Below the pieces are notes generated by a model. That model was not told the origin of the DNA, did not search any database, and saw only the letters and a list, made by a program, of their open reading frames with translations. The position numbers were made by a program, and so were the translations under genes. From positions 2,500 to 66,499 of the IMG/VR virus record IMGVR_UViG_3300023179_000104: DNA of 64,000 bases. One strand, given 5' to 3'. The DNA comes from a virus. Positions within the stretch are counted from its first letter, which is position 1. Every line of letters begins with the position of its first letter. Shown one piece after another: positions 42,736 through 52,891 of the stretch.

Positions 42736-43440
42736 ATGCATTTACCAATCATAAACATTCAAAAAAATGGTGAAAGTAAATATATTGATATTATACAAAA
42801 TGCATTTGAAAAAGCAAAAAAATATGAAAGTAAACTTTCAGATTGGATTATTACTATGGAGGGAATGTCGGGGGTTCAGTATAGACATTTTGTAAATAAT
42901 TTATTTGAAAATATTGAAAACTCTAACTACCTTGAAATAGGATGTTGGAAGGGATCTACTACATGTTCTGCCGCTTATAAAAATTTAATTAAAACATATT
43001 GTATTGATAATTGGAAAGAGTTTGGTGGACCCAAAGATCAATTCTCAAATAATATTAGTAGATGTATGACTGAAAGTGATGATAAATGTGATATTGAATT
43101 AGTTGAAAATGATTTTAGGAAATTACAATATGATAACATTGGCAAATATAATGTTTATATGTTTGATGGTCCACACTCACAAGATGATCAAAGGGATGCA
43201 TTAATAGTTGTTAAGGATGCACTTGAAGATGAATTTATTTTTATTTGCGACGATTGGAATTGGGGTGAGGTGAGAGAAGGTACTAGACAAGGATTAGAAC
43301 AATCTAATATGAAAGTAATTTATTCAATTGATCTTAGAACTACTCCTGATAATACTACTTGCAGTTTTGAGAATGGTTATGAAAGAAGTGACTGGCACAA
43401 TGGGTATTATATTTCAGTAATTAAAAAGTTAAATAAATAA
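42736..43440 (+). CDS. Class I SAM-dependent methyltransferase
   Basis: YLEIGCWKGST, IDNW, FDGPH, DDWNW. Confidence 0.8.
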   Translation: MHLPIINIQKNGESKYIDIIQNAFEKAKKYESKLSDWIITMEGMSGVQYRHFVNNLFENIENSNYLEIGCWKGSTTCSAAYKNLIKTYCIDNWKEFGGPKDQFSNNISRCMTESDDKCDIELVENDFRKLQYDNIGKYNVYMFDGPHSQDDQRDALIVVKDALEDEFIFICDDWNWGEVREGTRQGLEQSNMKVIYSIDLRTTPDNTTCSFENGYERSDWHNGYYISVIKKLNK

Positions 43441-43463
43441 TATATTAGTAATTCAAAACATTA

Positions 43464-44567
43464 ATGTATAATTTTTCTGAATACTCCACCAAAGTGTACA
43501 TGCGCGAAAAGTACTATAGTGGAGAAATGTTTCCAGAAGGAATGAGAGTAAAGAATAATAACGATAGAGTAGGTGTTATAATTCGTCGGGGACCAAATTA
43601 TGTAATTTGTTTAGACGAGAATCAAAAAACTTTTAGGAGTTGGATTTCTGATGTTCATGAAGTGCATGAATTAGGAACTGATGAAACGAGAGAATATCTT
43701 CAAGGATTGACGCCAGGACAAAAAATTGAAAAATATGCAAAGACGAAAACCCCTGAACACACTACAATCATAAATAAAAGAAAAAGTGTTCAAAAAGAAA
43801 TGTACAACGATAGTTTTTCCAAATTTTTAATTGAAAGATCCGCTAATGGAATTAGCGGAAAAAATTGTTTTGGAGAAGTAGAAAATCAAGAAGAAGTAGT
43901 AAATAATTTTTCCAAAGAATTGATTGCTGAGGCAGAGAAAAGTTTAAAAACTGATAATCCTTGTTGGAAAGGTTATAAACCAGTAGGCACCAAAAAGAAA
44001 AATGGTAAAACAGTTCCTAATTGCGTTCCCGAAGAAGTAGAAAATTCTACTGCAGATAAAAAAGCTGATAAAGCAGGAATGAAAAAATATCATATGACTT
44101 CTGCTGAATGGGAAAAATCTGAAATGGATAAAAAAGCAGATGCCAAACTTGATAAAAAAACAAAAAAAGAAGGATTAGATCCTGTTGGTAAAGAAGATGC
44201 TGATGTTAACAATGATGGTAAAGTTGATAAAACTGATAGCTATTTAAAGAAGCGTCGTGTCGCAATTTCAAAATCAATTACTAAAAAAGAAGAATATTCG
44301 GATTGGAGAAATGAACTTGAAGAAGGTAAAAAACCAAAAGAAGGTGAGCAAGTTCCTGAAGTAAAAGAATCTTCATGTGGAAATTGTGGAACATGCAGCA
44401 AGTGTAAATCAATAAAGATGGAAGATAAATTGTCTCCCTCAGAAACAGGAAAAAAAGAAAAATTAGTTAAGTCAATGAAAAAAAATTTAAAGGATTTTAA
44501 ATCACGTTATGGAGAACGTGGTAAATCAGTTATGTACGCTACTGCCACAAAAATGGCAAAAGAATAA
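43464..44567 (+). CDS. Multi-module charged protein, putative internal head protein
   Basis: N-terminal G.IIRRG.NYVI...SWI.DV domain, [20 protein letters not shown] and [13 protein letters not shown] modules. Confidence 0.7.
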   Translation: MYNFSEYSTKVYMREKYYSGEMFPEGMRVKNNNDRVGVIIRRGPNYVICLDENQKTFRSWISDVHEVHELGTDETREYLQGLTPGQKIEKYAKTKTPEHTTIINKRKSVQKEMYNDSFSKFLIERSANGISGKNCFGEVENQEEVVNNFSKELIAEAEKSLKTDNPCWKGYKPVGTKKKNGKTVPNCVPEEVENSTADKKADKAGMKKYHMTSAEWEKSEMDKKADAKLDKKTKKEGLDPVGKEDADVNNDGKVDKTDSYLKKRRVAISKSITKKEEYSDWRNELEEGKKPKEGEQVPEVKESSCGNCGTCSKCKSIKMEDKLSPSETGKKEKLVKSMKKNLKDFKSRYGERGKSVMYATATKMAKE

Positions 44568-44598
44568 ATAAAGTGTATTTTAATTATTAGGAGTTACC

Positions 44599-44787
44599 AT
44601 GACTACCGCATTTATTCTTGCTACAGTTAAAACATTGAGCGCAGCAAATGTTCAACTTGGACTTGGCGCTCTCTTAGCATTATCTGAAGTTCTTGGAGCA
44701 GATCCAAGAATTAAATCAAATGGAATTATTTCGTTTGTTTTACTTCAAGTACAAAATTTCTTGAGAAGAAAAAAAGAAGAAGTTTAA
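44599..44787 (+). CDS. Small membrane protein (holin-like)
   Basis: RBS AGGAG; hydrophobic LGLGALLALSEVLG..KSNGIISFVLL; basic C-terminus. Confidence 0.55.
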   Translation: MTTAFILATVKTLSAANVQLGLGALLALSEVLGADPRIKSNGIISFVLLQVQNFLRRKKEEV

Positions 44788-44821
44788 ATTTTTTGATTTG
44801 TTGAAATTAAATAATTTTAAT

Positions 44822-44855
44822 GAGGGGGGTGCTATGTCCCCTTTTTTTATAAATA
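44822..44855 (+). terminator. Terminator fused to late promoter TATAAATA (44848-44855)
   Basis: GGGG..CCCC hairpin, T tract, then TATAAATA. Confidence 0.7.
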
Positions 44856-44886
44856 TAAAAAGAAACGACCAATAAGGAGAATTAAC

Positions 44887-45441
44887 ATGCCTCTCTGGGG
44901 AAAAAGTACAGGCGACGAATCAAGACCTAAGTGGTTAAGACCAGAAGATCAGCCAGCAAATAACTTGAATACTGCATTTGCAGATGCTCGTGGATGGGTG
45001 ATCAAACATGCTAATGGTTTTGAAGAAGTAATTGCTACTATAAGTAATCTTGGTGGTGCTGGTGCTACTGACCTTTTGGGCAATGCTACAATTGCTAGTG
45101 TATATTTTGCCGCAAAAACTTATGCAAGAAATGTTACTGGTACAGTAATTGTTAATTATAATGAACTTGTAACAGTAACTGCAGGAGCAACTCTTGTAGT
45201 TACTGGATCTGTATCTGGTGCTATTACTGCAACTGCTGCTACACAAACAGGAGTTCAGCAAGTAGCATTTACATTTACAGTACCTAACTCAGCACAGACA
45301 CTTTCAATTGGTGCTCAGACAATTTCTGGTACTATTGTTGATAAAGGTACAGCAACTGCTTCTGACAAAGTATTTGTAAGTGGAGATATTATTAATACTG
45401 CTGCTGGTACAGGAACGGTCAAGACAATCGCTGTTGCATAA
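44887..45441 (+). CDS. Putative virion structural protein
   Basis: MPLWG..., A/T/G-rich Ig-like C-terminus, late promoter and RBS AAGGAG. Confidence 0.7.
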   Translation: MPLWGKSTGDESRPKWLRPEDQPANNLNTAFADARGWVIKHANGFEEVIATISNLGGAGATDLLGNATIASVYFAAKTYARNVTGTVIVNYNELVTVTAGATLVVTGSVSGAITATAATQTGVQQVAFTFTVPNSAQTLSIGAQTISGTIVDKGTATASDKVFVSGDIINTAAGTGTVKTIAVA

Positions 45442-45444
45442 TAA

Positions 45445-45807
45445 ATGAGATTTGATGAACTGAATGAAGATAATTATATTTTCTTCGCAATTAAACATTA
45501 TAACAATCCTCAATGTACAACCAGAGAGGAATTTGAAGAAGATCTTAAAAGATTTAAATATGTTAAAAAGTTGATTAGGAAATATCTAAAAGATAATATT
45601 CTTAAACATCATTTAATTTTAAATCATTTAATTATTCTCTTTAATGTTTTTAATGACGCCACTGTACCACTGTTATTTTATAAAATTGAAAGTAATTGTT
45701 GGCCAGTTCTAAAATCTTTTCTACTTTATCTTGATAGATTTCCTGAAGGATATTTAAATTATCTTGATCCAGATTCTAAATCTTTAGAAGAACTAAATAA
45801 GATATGA
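45445..45807 (+). CDS. Conserved T4-like phage hypothetical protein
   Basis: F.ELNE.N...FA.K.Y.NP.C...EF.EDL.RFKY; LILNHLI...NVF. Confidence 0.8.
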   Translation: MRFDELNEDNYIFFAIKHYNNPQCTTREEFEEDLKRFKYVKKLIRKYLKDNILKHHLILNHLIILFNVFNDATVPLLFYKIESNCWPVLKSFLLYLDRFPEGYLNYLDPDSKSLEELNKI

Positions 45808-46574
45808 AAGACTTAAGAGAACTTCTACAAAAAGCACGAAAAAAAGTATGGGAAGATGCTGCTGTTAATTCAGTAGGCACTGGTGCCAATCTTTCAATGC
45901 CTCCTGCTGTAGAACCATTTGTTTCTTCCAAAAAGAAAAAAACTTATGATGGAAGAACAAAAGCTGGTAGAAAATTTGTAAACGCTATTCTATTAAATAG
46001 AGATAAAAGAGCAAAGAAAAAAATGACTAAAGAAGAACTAAACATTTTTGAGGCTGATGATAATGCAAAGCAAGGTCCTTCAGAAACTGAAAGGGCACAG
46101 AAACAAATTACTCAGCAGAAAAAATTAAATAAGCAGAAAGAGATTCAGCAAAAATCTCAAGAAGCTAAGGCAAAGATGCAGAATAAAACTAAAGAGATGG
46201 ACACTTTAATGAAAGCTCGTCTGTCTGATTTTAGAAAAAAAGCTGCTCAAAAAACTACTCAACTTCAAAAACAAAATGCTAGTTTTGAACCTGATGGTGA
46301 ACAACTTCAAGAAACAATTGGAATAATTCAACACGGTCAAGAAGTTCTTTCTACTTTAATGCGTCTGGCTGGTGATGCTACCTTTGAATACAAAGAAGGA
46401 TTTGTTCAATTTCCTGATGGTAGAAGTATGAAGGTTAATTCTGATATTGCAAAAAGAGTTGTATCAACGTTTGAAGCGTTAGATCATATTAGGCAACAAC
46501 AATATAGATTTCTTATGAATCGTGACCTCGAATCGTTTATGAAAGTATTGAATTTTTCCACATCTGCGATGTGA
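45804..46574 (+). CDS. Hypothetical coiled-coil protein
   Basis: EDAAVNSVG, YDGRTK, Q/K-rich coil. Confidence 0.75.
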   Translation: MKDLRELLQKARKKVWEDAAVNSVGTGANLSMPPAVEPFVSSKKKKTYDGRTKAGRKFVNAILLNRDKRAKKKMTKEELNIFEADDNAKQGPSETERAQKQITQQKKLNKQKEIQQKSQEAKAKMQNKTKEMDTLMKARLSDFRKKAAQKTTQLQKQNASFEPDGEQLQETIGIIQHGQEVLSTLMRLAGDATFEYKEGFVQFPDGRSMKVNSDIAKRVVSTFEALDHIRQQQYRFLMNRDLESFMKVLNFSTSAM

Positions 46575-46581
46575 GGATAAA

Positions 46582-47034
46582 ATGTTTAGCACCAAACAAC
46601 CTCAATCAAAAATTGATGTTTTAGAATCTAAAGTTGATATTTATGAAAAGTTATCAAGAGAAATGCTTGATAAACTTGAATCGGCAGTAGAAAAAATATC
46701 CGAATCTAATAATAGAATTGCTTTAATTCTTGCTAAACATGATGAAAGAATTGAACAAAGTATTAAATCTGATTCTCTCATTATTAAGATGATTGAAGAT
46801 TTAAGAAAAGAAAATACAGAAGAACACGCTCGCACATTAGAACGTGTTCGTAGAGTAGAAGAAAGATCAGAAGAATTTAGTAGAGTTAAGTGGATGACAA
46901 TTGGGATTGGAGTATTTGGCGCTGTCCTTGCAACTGCAGTATCAACTTTGGCTTCTGGGTGGTTGACACCAGGCGAATTGGGGTATAAAATGGAGCATAG
47001 ATATGTCCCAAACCAAGAAAACGTTCGTAAATGA
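46582..47034 (+). CDS. Coiled-coil protein with C-terminal transmembrane segment
   Basis: LAKHDERI coil; KWMTIGIGVFGAVLATAV. Confidence 0.75.
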   Translation: MFSTKQPQSKIDVLESKVDIYEKLSREMLDKLESAVEKISESNNRIALILAKHDERIEQSIKSDSLIIKMIEDLRKENTEEHARTLERVRRVEERSEEFSRVKWMTIGIGVFGAVLATAVSTLASGWLTPGELGYKMEHRYVPNQENVRK

Positions 47035-48032
47035 GTTTTATTGACACCAAATACATCAACCTCATCTCCCCTCAATTAGTAAAGTTTACAAAGAAAAAAG
47101 AAGATCTTTATACATTTAGATGCCCCTATTGTGGAGATTCTTCCAAGAATCAAAACAAAACTAGGGGATATTTTTATCGTAAACGTTCTGATTTTTTCTT
47201 TAAATGTCATAACTGTGGGCAAGGCAGAACGCTGGCAAATTTCTTTAAGGACAATTGTGTTTCACTTTATGATGAGTACGTTCTAGAGCGATATAAGGAG
47301 GGGCTGACGGGCAAATCAACTAACACCCCCAACCCAAAATTTAATATTTCTAAACCAATTTTTGTAAAATCTAAACCGTCAGAAGATGTAAATATTTTAT
47401 CTAATCTTGAAAAAATATCAGATCTAAATAGTACACATGCCGCTAAAGCTTACCTCATCAATCGTCAAATACCAGAGAAATATTTCTCAAATTTCTATTA
47501 CGCAGAGGACTTTAATGCTTGGGCTTGCTTGGAAAATACTCAACAAGAGTCAAGAATTGTTATCCCACTATTTACAGCAGAAGGAAAAGTATTTGGACAT
47601 CAAGGTAGATCTTTGGATAAAAATACAAAGTTACGTTATATTACTACCATACTGGATAAAGAACATCCTAAAGTATTCGGACTCAATAATATAAACCCTG
47701 CCGAGAAAATATATGTCACAGAAGGACCATTTGATTCACTATTCCTACAAAATGCCATCGCAATGTGCGGATCTGATGTTGCCCTTGATCAGTTTAAATT
47801 CAATGATGTTGTTTATGTTTTGGACAATGAGCCCAGAAATAGACAGATCGTTGATCGATATGAAAAACTCATTGATCAAGGTAAATCTTTAGTTATTTGG
47901 CATCAAGAAATTAAAGAAAAAGACATTAATGATATGGTAATTGCTGGACGAAATGTTCAACATGTAGTAGAATGCAATACCTATCAGGGATTAGAAGCAA
48001 AAATCAAATTAACCTCCTGGAAAAAAATATGA
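47031..48032 (+). CDS. gp61: DNA primase gp61
   Basis: CPYCGDS..CHNCG zinc finger, VTEGPFDS, DNEPRN, KDIND. Confidence 0.96.
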   Translation: MSFIDTKYINLISPQLVKFTKKKEDLYTFRCPYCGDSSKNQNKTRGYFYRKRSDFFFKCHNCGQGRTLANFFKDNCVSLYDEYVLERYKEGLTGKSTNTPNPKFNISKPIFVKSKPSEDVNILSNLEKISDLNSTHAAKAYLINRQIPEKYFSNFYYAEDFNAWACLENTQQESRIVIPLFTAEGKVFGHQGRSLDKNTKLRYITTILDKEHPKVFGLNNINPAEKIYVTEGPFDSLFLQNAIAMCGSDVALDQFKFNDVVYVLDNEPRNRQIVDRYEKLIDQGKSLVIWHQEIKEKDINDMVIAGRNVQHVVECNTYQGLEAKIKLTSWKKI

Positions 48033-50344
48033 GTAACGGAATTAAAGTTGTAAAACGCGGCGGAACAATCGAATCTTTAAATCTTGATAAGATTCATTCT
48101 ATGGTTGATTGTGCTTGCGGCGGCCTTTCTGGAGTTTCTACATCACAAGTAGAAATGAATTCGGGCATTCAATTTTATGATGGAATTACAACTGACGAAA
48201 TTCAAGAAATTTTAATTCGTTCTGCCAGTGATCTTATTTCACTGGAAAATCCCAATTATCAATTTGTCGCAGCACGTCTTTTATTGTTTGGATTATATAA
48301 ACAAGTATTTGGAGCAGATTGGAATCAAGGATTTCCTACAATCAAAGAAGTTTTACTTAATGGTGTAGAAAAAAAAATTTATGATTGTCAATTAATTGAC
48401 AAATATACAAATGAGGAGTGGATTAAAATTAATTCTCTCATTCGTCATGATAGAGATTACTTATTCACTTATGCTGGACTTAGGCAAGTAGTGGATAAAT
48501 ATCTTGTACAAGATCGCAGTAGCGGTGGGGTATACGAAACTCCACAATACGCTTATATGTTAGTTGCAGCAACCATTTTTGCTAAATATCCAAAACAAAC
48601 ACGATTAGATTATGTGAAAAAGTATTATGATGCAATCTCAAAACACAGAATCAATGTACCAACACCCATCCTCGCAGGAGTTAGAACACCACTTAGACAA
48701 TTTGCGTCTTGTGTTCTTATTGATAGTGATGACACCCTCGACAGTATCTTTAGTAGTGACATGGCTATTGGTCGTTATGTTGCACAACGCGCAGGCATCG
48801 GTGTCAATGCAGGCAGAATCCGTGCTCTCAATAGTAAAATCAGAGGCGGAGAAGTTTCTCATACGGGGGTTATCCCGTTCCTCAAAAAGTTTGAATCAAC
48901 TGTCAGATGCTGTACACAGAACGGGATTCGTGGTGGAAGTGCTACTGTCCATTTTCCAATCTGGCACAAAGAAATAGAAGATATTATTGTATTAAAAAAC
49001 AATAAAGGAACCGAAGATAATCGTGTTCGCAAGTTAGATTATAGTATTCAAATCAGTAAACTTTTTTATGAAAGATTTATTAGAAATGAAAATATTTCTC
49101 TCTTCTCTCCACACGACGTTCCTGATTTATCTGATGCTTTTGGGCTCCCTGGATTTGATGAGCTATACAATGTTTACGAACGAGATACTTCTATTCCGAA
49201 AAAAACTATTGGTGCTCAAGAACTTTTTTTAAATCTTTTGAAAGAAAGAGCAGAAACTGGTCGTATTTATATTATGAATATTGATCATTGCAATGATCAT
49301 TCTTCATTTAAAGATAAAATTTGGATGAGTAATCTTTGTCAAGAGATTACCCTGCCAACCAAACCTCTTCAACATATTGATGATCCTAATGGTGAAATTG
49401 CTTTGTGTATTTTATCTGCAATTAATATAGGTAAAATTAAATCTGATGAAGAATTTGAATCTCTTTGTGATTTAAGTGTACGTTCATTAGATGAATTAAT
49501 TGATTATCAAGATTATCCTGTATTAGCAGCCGAAAAATCTACTAAAGCACGTAGATCATTAGGTATTGGATTTATTGGTCTTGCACATTATCTAGCAAAA
49601 CTTGGATTTGATTATAATTCTCAAGAAGCTTGGGATGCTATTCACGAACTTTCTGAATCATTTCAATACTTTCTTTTGAAATCATCTAATCAACTTGCCA
49701 AAGAAAAAGGTGCTTGTGGGTATTTTACTCGCACTAAATATGCAGATGGTATTCTTCCTATCGATACCTATAAGAAGGATGTTGATGAAATTTCTACCAA
49801 AGGTTATAACCATGATTGGGAGTTACTCAGAACATCTATTCTGGAACACGGGCTTAGGCACTCAACACTGTCCGCACAGATGCCATCGGAGAGCAGTTCC
49901 GTTGTGTCAAATGCCACAAACGGCATTGAACCGCCTAGAGGATACTTGTCCATTAAAAAATCAAAGAAGGGACCACTCAAACAAATTGTTCCTCAATATG
50001 CAACACTTAAAAATAACTATACTCTTTTATGGGATATGCCTGACAATAATGGTTATATTAACATTGTTGCCATTATGCAAAAGTTTTTTGATCAAGCGAT
50101 TAGTGGAAACTGGTCATACAACCCAGAAAATTATGAAGACAATGAAGTTCCAGTAAGTGTAATGGCAAATGATTTGCTTAAAACTTATAAGTATGGTTGG
50201 AAGACAAGTTATTATCAAAATACATATGATATTAAAACTGATGAAAATGAAACAGAGGAATCTAAAAAAGAAAATATTCAAAATTTAATTAAAAATATTT
50301 TAAATTTATCAGAGGAGGCAAATTGTGACAGTTGTTCAATTTAA
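48029..50344 (+). CDS. nrdA: Class Ia ribonucleotide reductase alpha subunit
   Basis: ATP cone VVKR.G, PTPILAG, SCVL, SNLCQEI, C-terminal CDSC. Confidence 0.97.
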   Translation: MSNGIKVVKRGGTIESLNLDKIHSMVDCACGGLSGVSTSQVEMNSGIQFYDGITTDEIQEILIRSASDLISLENPNYQFVAARLLLFGLYKQVFGADWNQGFPTIKEVLLNGVEKKIYDCQLIDKYTNEEWIKINSLIRHDRDYLFTYAGLRQVVDKYLVQDRSSGGVYETPQYAYMLVAATIFAKYPKQTRLDYVKKYYDAISKHRINVPTPILAGVRTPLRQFASCVLIDSDDTLDSIFSSDMAIGRYVAQRAGIGVNAGRIRALNSKIRGGEVSHTGVIPFLKKFESTVRCCTQNGIRGGSATVHFPIWHKEIEDIIVLKNNKGTEDNRVRKLDYSIQISKLFYERFIRNENISLFSPHDVPDLSDAFGLPGFDELYNVYERDTSIPKKTIGAQELFLNLLKERAETGRIYIMNIDHCNDHSSFKDKIWMSNLCQEITLPTKPLQHIDDPNGEIALCILSAINIGKIKSDEEFESLCDLSVRSLDELIDYQDYPVLAAEKSTKARRSLGIGFIGLAHYLAKLGFDYNSQEAWDAIHELSESFQYFLLKSSNQLAKEKGACGYFTRTKYADGILPIDTYKKDVDEISTKGYNHDWELLRTSILEHGLRHSTLSAQMPSESSSVVSNATNGIEPPRGYLSIKKSKKGPLKQIVPQYATLKNNYTLLWDMPDNNGYINIVAIMQKFFDQAISGNWSYNPENYEDNEVPVSVMANDLLKTYKYGWKTSYYQNTYDIKTDENETEESKKENIQNLIKNILNLSEEANCDSCSI

Positions 50345-51503
50345 AATTAATAATGAATTTGAAATGAAAGGTCTAACAGTTTTTAATAAAGATATAATTG
50401 ATTCTAAGAAACAACCAATGTTTTTTGGTGCTCCTTTGGGCATTCAAAGGTACGATTCTTATAAATATCCTGTGTTTGATAAACTTACTCAAACTCAACT
50501 AGGATATTTTTGGAGACCTGAAGAAGTTTCTTTACAGAAAGATCGTGCTGATTATCAAACTCTTCGTCCAGAGCAAAAACATATCTTTACTTCTAACTTG
50601 AAGTATCAAATTATGCTTGATTCTGTACAAGGTCGTGGTCCTGGAATGGCATTTATTCCATACTGTTCACTTCCTGAATTGGAAGCTTGTATGGAAGTGT
50701 GGGGATTTATGGAAATGATTCATAGTCGTTCTTATACATATATTATTAAAAATGTGTATTCAGATCCTGCAGAAGTATTTGATACTATTTTAACTGATAA
50801 TATGATTCTTTCTCGTGCCGAAAGTGTTACTGGAGCATATGATGATTTTATTAATGATGCTCATGTTTATGGCACTAGTGAGCGTTGGCGACACAACTTA
50901 GAAGGTGTTTCGTCTGCTCAATGTGATCTTTATGAACTTAAGAGAAAACTTTATCGTGCTATGATTAATGTAAACATTCTAGAGGGGATTAGATTTTATG
51001 TCTCGTTTGCGTGTTCTTTTGCGTTTGGGGAACTTAAACTCATGGAGGGATCTGCCAAAATTATCTCTCTTATCGCAAGAGATGAAAATCAGCATCTTGT
51101 CATCACTCAAAACATCCTCAACAAATGGCGTGAGGGGGATGATCCAGAGATGCTCAAAATCGCTGCAGAAGAAGAAGAGTGGGTTTATCAAACGTTTGAT
51201 GCAGCAGTAAATGAGGAAAAAATTTGGGCAGATTATCTGTTTAAAAATGGTAGTATGATTGGATTAAATTCTAAGCTCTTAATTCAATATGTTGAATGGA
51301 TTGCAAATCGTCGTATGAAATCAATTGGACTTAAACCACAATATGATATTCCCGCTAAAAATAATCCTCTTCCTTGGACTGAGCATTGGATTAGTTCTAA
51401 AGGTCTTCAGGTTGCTCCTCAAGAAACTGAAGTTGAATCTTATGTCGTTGGTGGTATTAAACAAGATGTTAAAAAAGATACTTTTGCTGGTTTTAAATTA
51501 TGA
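50325..51503 (+). CDS. nrdB: Ribonucleotide reductase beta subunit
   Basis: FWRPEEV, EMIHSRSY, LEGIRFYVSF, RDENQH, APQETE. Confidence 0.97.
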   Translation: MTVVQFKINNEFEMKGLTVFNKDIIDSKKQPMFFGAPLGIQRYDSYKYPVFDKLTQTQLGYFWRPEEVSLQKDRADYQTLRPEQKHIFTSNLKYQIMLDSVQGRGPGMAFIPYCSLPELEACMEVWGFMEMIHSRSYTYIIKNVYSDPAEVFDTILTDNMILSRAESVTGAYDDFINDAHVYGTSERWRHNLEGVSSAQCDLYELKRKLYRAMINVNILEGIRFYVSFACSFAFGELKLMEGSAKIISLIARDENQHLVITQNILNKWREGDDPEMLKIAAEEEEWVYQTFDAAVNEEKIWADYLFKNGSMIGLNSKLLIQYVEWIANRRMKSIGLKPQYDIPAKNNPLPWTEHWISSKGLQVAPQETEVESYVVGGIKQDVKKDTFAGFKL

Positions 51504-51646
51504 AAAAATATTTAAGAAAAAAAAACATAGACAAGTTAATCAAAATAAAAGAACAACTAGAGAAGGTGGGTCCGAAGAGTTTGTCTCAAGCATACATGTT
51601 GTCAGTACTGAAACGAAAATTCCCGATCCCTGGTTCAATTGAATAG
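51500..51646 (+). CDS. Possible 48-aa basic protein (not in the ORF track)
   Basis: MKKYLRKKNIDKLIKIKEQLEKVGPKSLSQAYMLSVLKRKFPIPGSIE; ATGA overlap with the nrdB stop. Confidence 0.45.
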   Translation: MKKYLRKKNIDKLIKIKEQLEKVGPKSLSQAYMLSVLKRKFPIPGSIE

Positions 51647-51678
51647 ATAAATACCTTTACATGGAGGGTTTTTTTATT

Positions 51679-52032
51679 ATGAAACCACAATCAGCTAAAA
51701 ATAAAGGAAGAATTCTCCAAAAATGGGTCAGAGATAAACTTATTGAAGCACTTGATATTCATCCAGAAGATATTGAATCTCGTAGTATGGGAGCAGGCGG
51801 AGAAGACCTTATCATGGCTCGTGCTGCCAGATTAAAGTTTCCTCATAGTATTGAATGTAAAAATGTAGAGAAGCTAAATATATGGGATGCCTACGAACAG
51901 GCATCTGCAAACTCTGGTGACTATGAACCTCTTGTTGTCATTAAAAAAAATGGCAAAAAACCTTTGGTTGTGTTAGACGCAGAATATTTTATTAATTTAT
52001 TCGGAGAAAAAAATGACTTTAAATCTTCATAA
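51679..52032 (+). CDS. PD-(D/E)XK Holliday-junction-resolvase-like protein
   Basis: SAKNKGR..Q, G..GEDL, SIECKN, PLVVIKKN. Confidence 0.7.
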   Translation: MKPQSAKNKGRILQKWVRDKLIEALDIHPEDIESRSMGAGGEDLIMARAARLKFPHSIECKNVEKLNIWDAYEQASANSGDYEPLVVIKKNGKKPLVVLDAEYFINLFGEKNDFKSS

Positions 52033-52855
52033 CTTTTTTAAGTATTATGATGAACACAATGTAAATCATATTTCTGCAGTAGGCATTTTAGAGAAATCAA
52101 TTTCAACTCTATTAGTGCCAAATGCTGATTGGGTAATAACGTATAGAGGAAAAGCTGCAATTCTTGGAGAAGCAGTAGATCTTCATAAATTCTTTCAGTA
52201 TTATAATGAAAAACTTTCAAATCATGTAGCAGCAGTTGATCAACTTCAGAAAGAAGTTCCTGCTGAATTGCTTTTAGATACTGCTGATTGGGCAAAAAAA
52301 TATAGAGAAAAACCACCAGCACCAAAAGAAATTAATTTAAACGTTCCTTACTACAATCAAGTAGATAATTATAGGGATGCTGGAAGAACTTGCAACTCTT
52401 CATCCTGTGCTATGTGTCTTGAGTTTTTAAAACCAGGAACACTTCATGGAACTAAGGGAGATGATGTCTACATTCAAAAAGTATTTTCAATTGGCGACAC
52501 AACTGATCACTCAGTTCAAACTCAGGCTCTTGCATCTTATGGTGTTAAATCTGAATTTAATTACAATCTTGGTTTTTCTGATATTGATAAAAGTTTATCT
52601 GTTGGGAAACCTGTTGTTATTGGTATTTTACACAGGGGTTCTCTTTCTGCTCCTACTGGCGGGCATATGGTTGTAGTCAAAGGTAAGACTGCTAAAGGTG
52701 ATTATTATATCAATGATCCTTATGGTTCATTAAATGATGGATATACTGGTCCCGTAGAAAATGGTAAGAATTGTGTCTATACAAAAGAAATTCTTATATA
52801 TCGTTGGTTAGATCAAGGTGCAGATAAAACTGGATGGGGAAGAATTTTTAAGTGA
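52013..52855 (+). CDS. C39-like cysteine peptidase, putative endolysin
   Basis: VPYYNQ, TCNSSSCAM (Cys), GGHMVV (His), INDPYG (Asp); duplicated N-terminal repeat. Confidence 0.8.
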   Translation: MTLNLHNFFKYYDEHNVNHISAVGILEKSISTLLVPNADWVITYRGKAAILGEAVDLHKFFQYYNEKLSNHVAAVDQLQKEVPAELLLDTADWAKKYREKPPAPKEINLNVPYYNQVDNYRDAGRTCNSSSCAMCLEFLKPGTLHGTKGDDVYIQKVFSIGDTTDHSVQTQALASYGVKSEFNYNLGFSDIDKSLSVGKPVVIGILHRGSLSAPTGGHMVVVKGKTAKGDYYINDPYGSLNDGYTGPVENGKNCVYTKEILIYRWLDQGADKTGWGRIFK

Positions 52856-52891
52856 AATTAACAGCAGGAATCAATTATAATTTGATGTTTT

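Noticed and set aside
51325-51642. Possible +1 frameshift extension of NrdB ending IPDPWFN
   Set aside because: NrdB ends normally (FAGFKL), no convincing shift signal is present, and an ATGA-coupled ORF explains the region.
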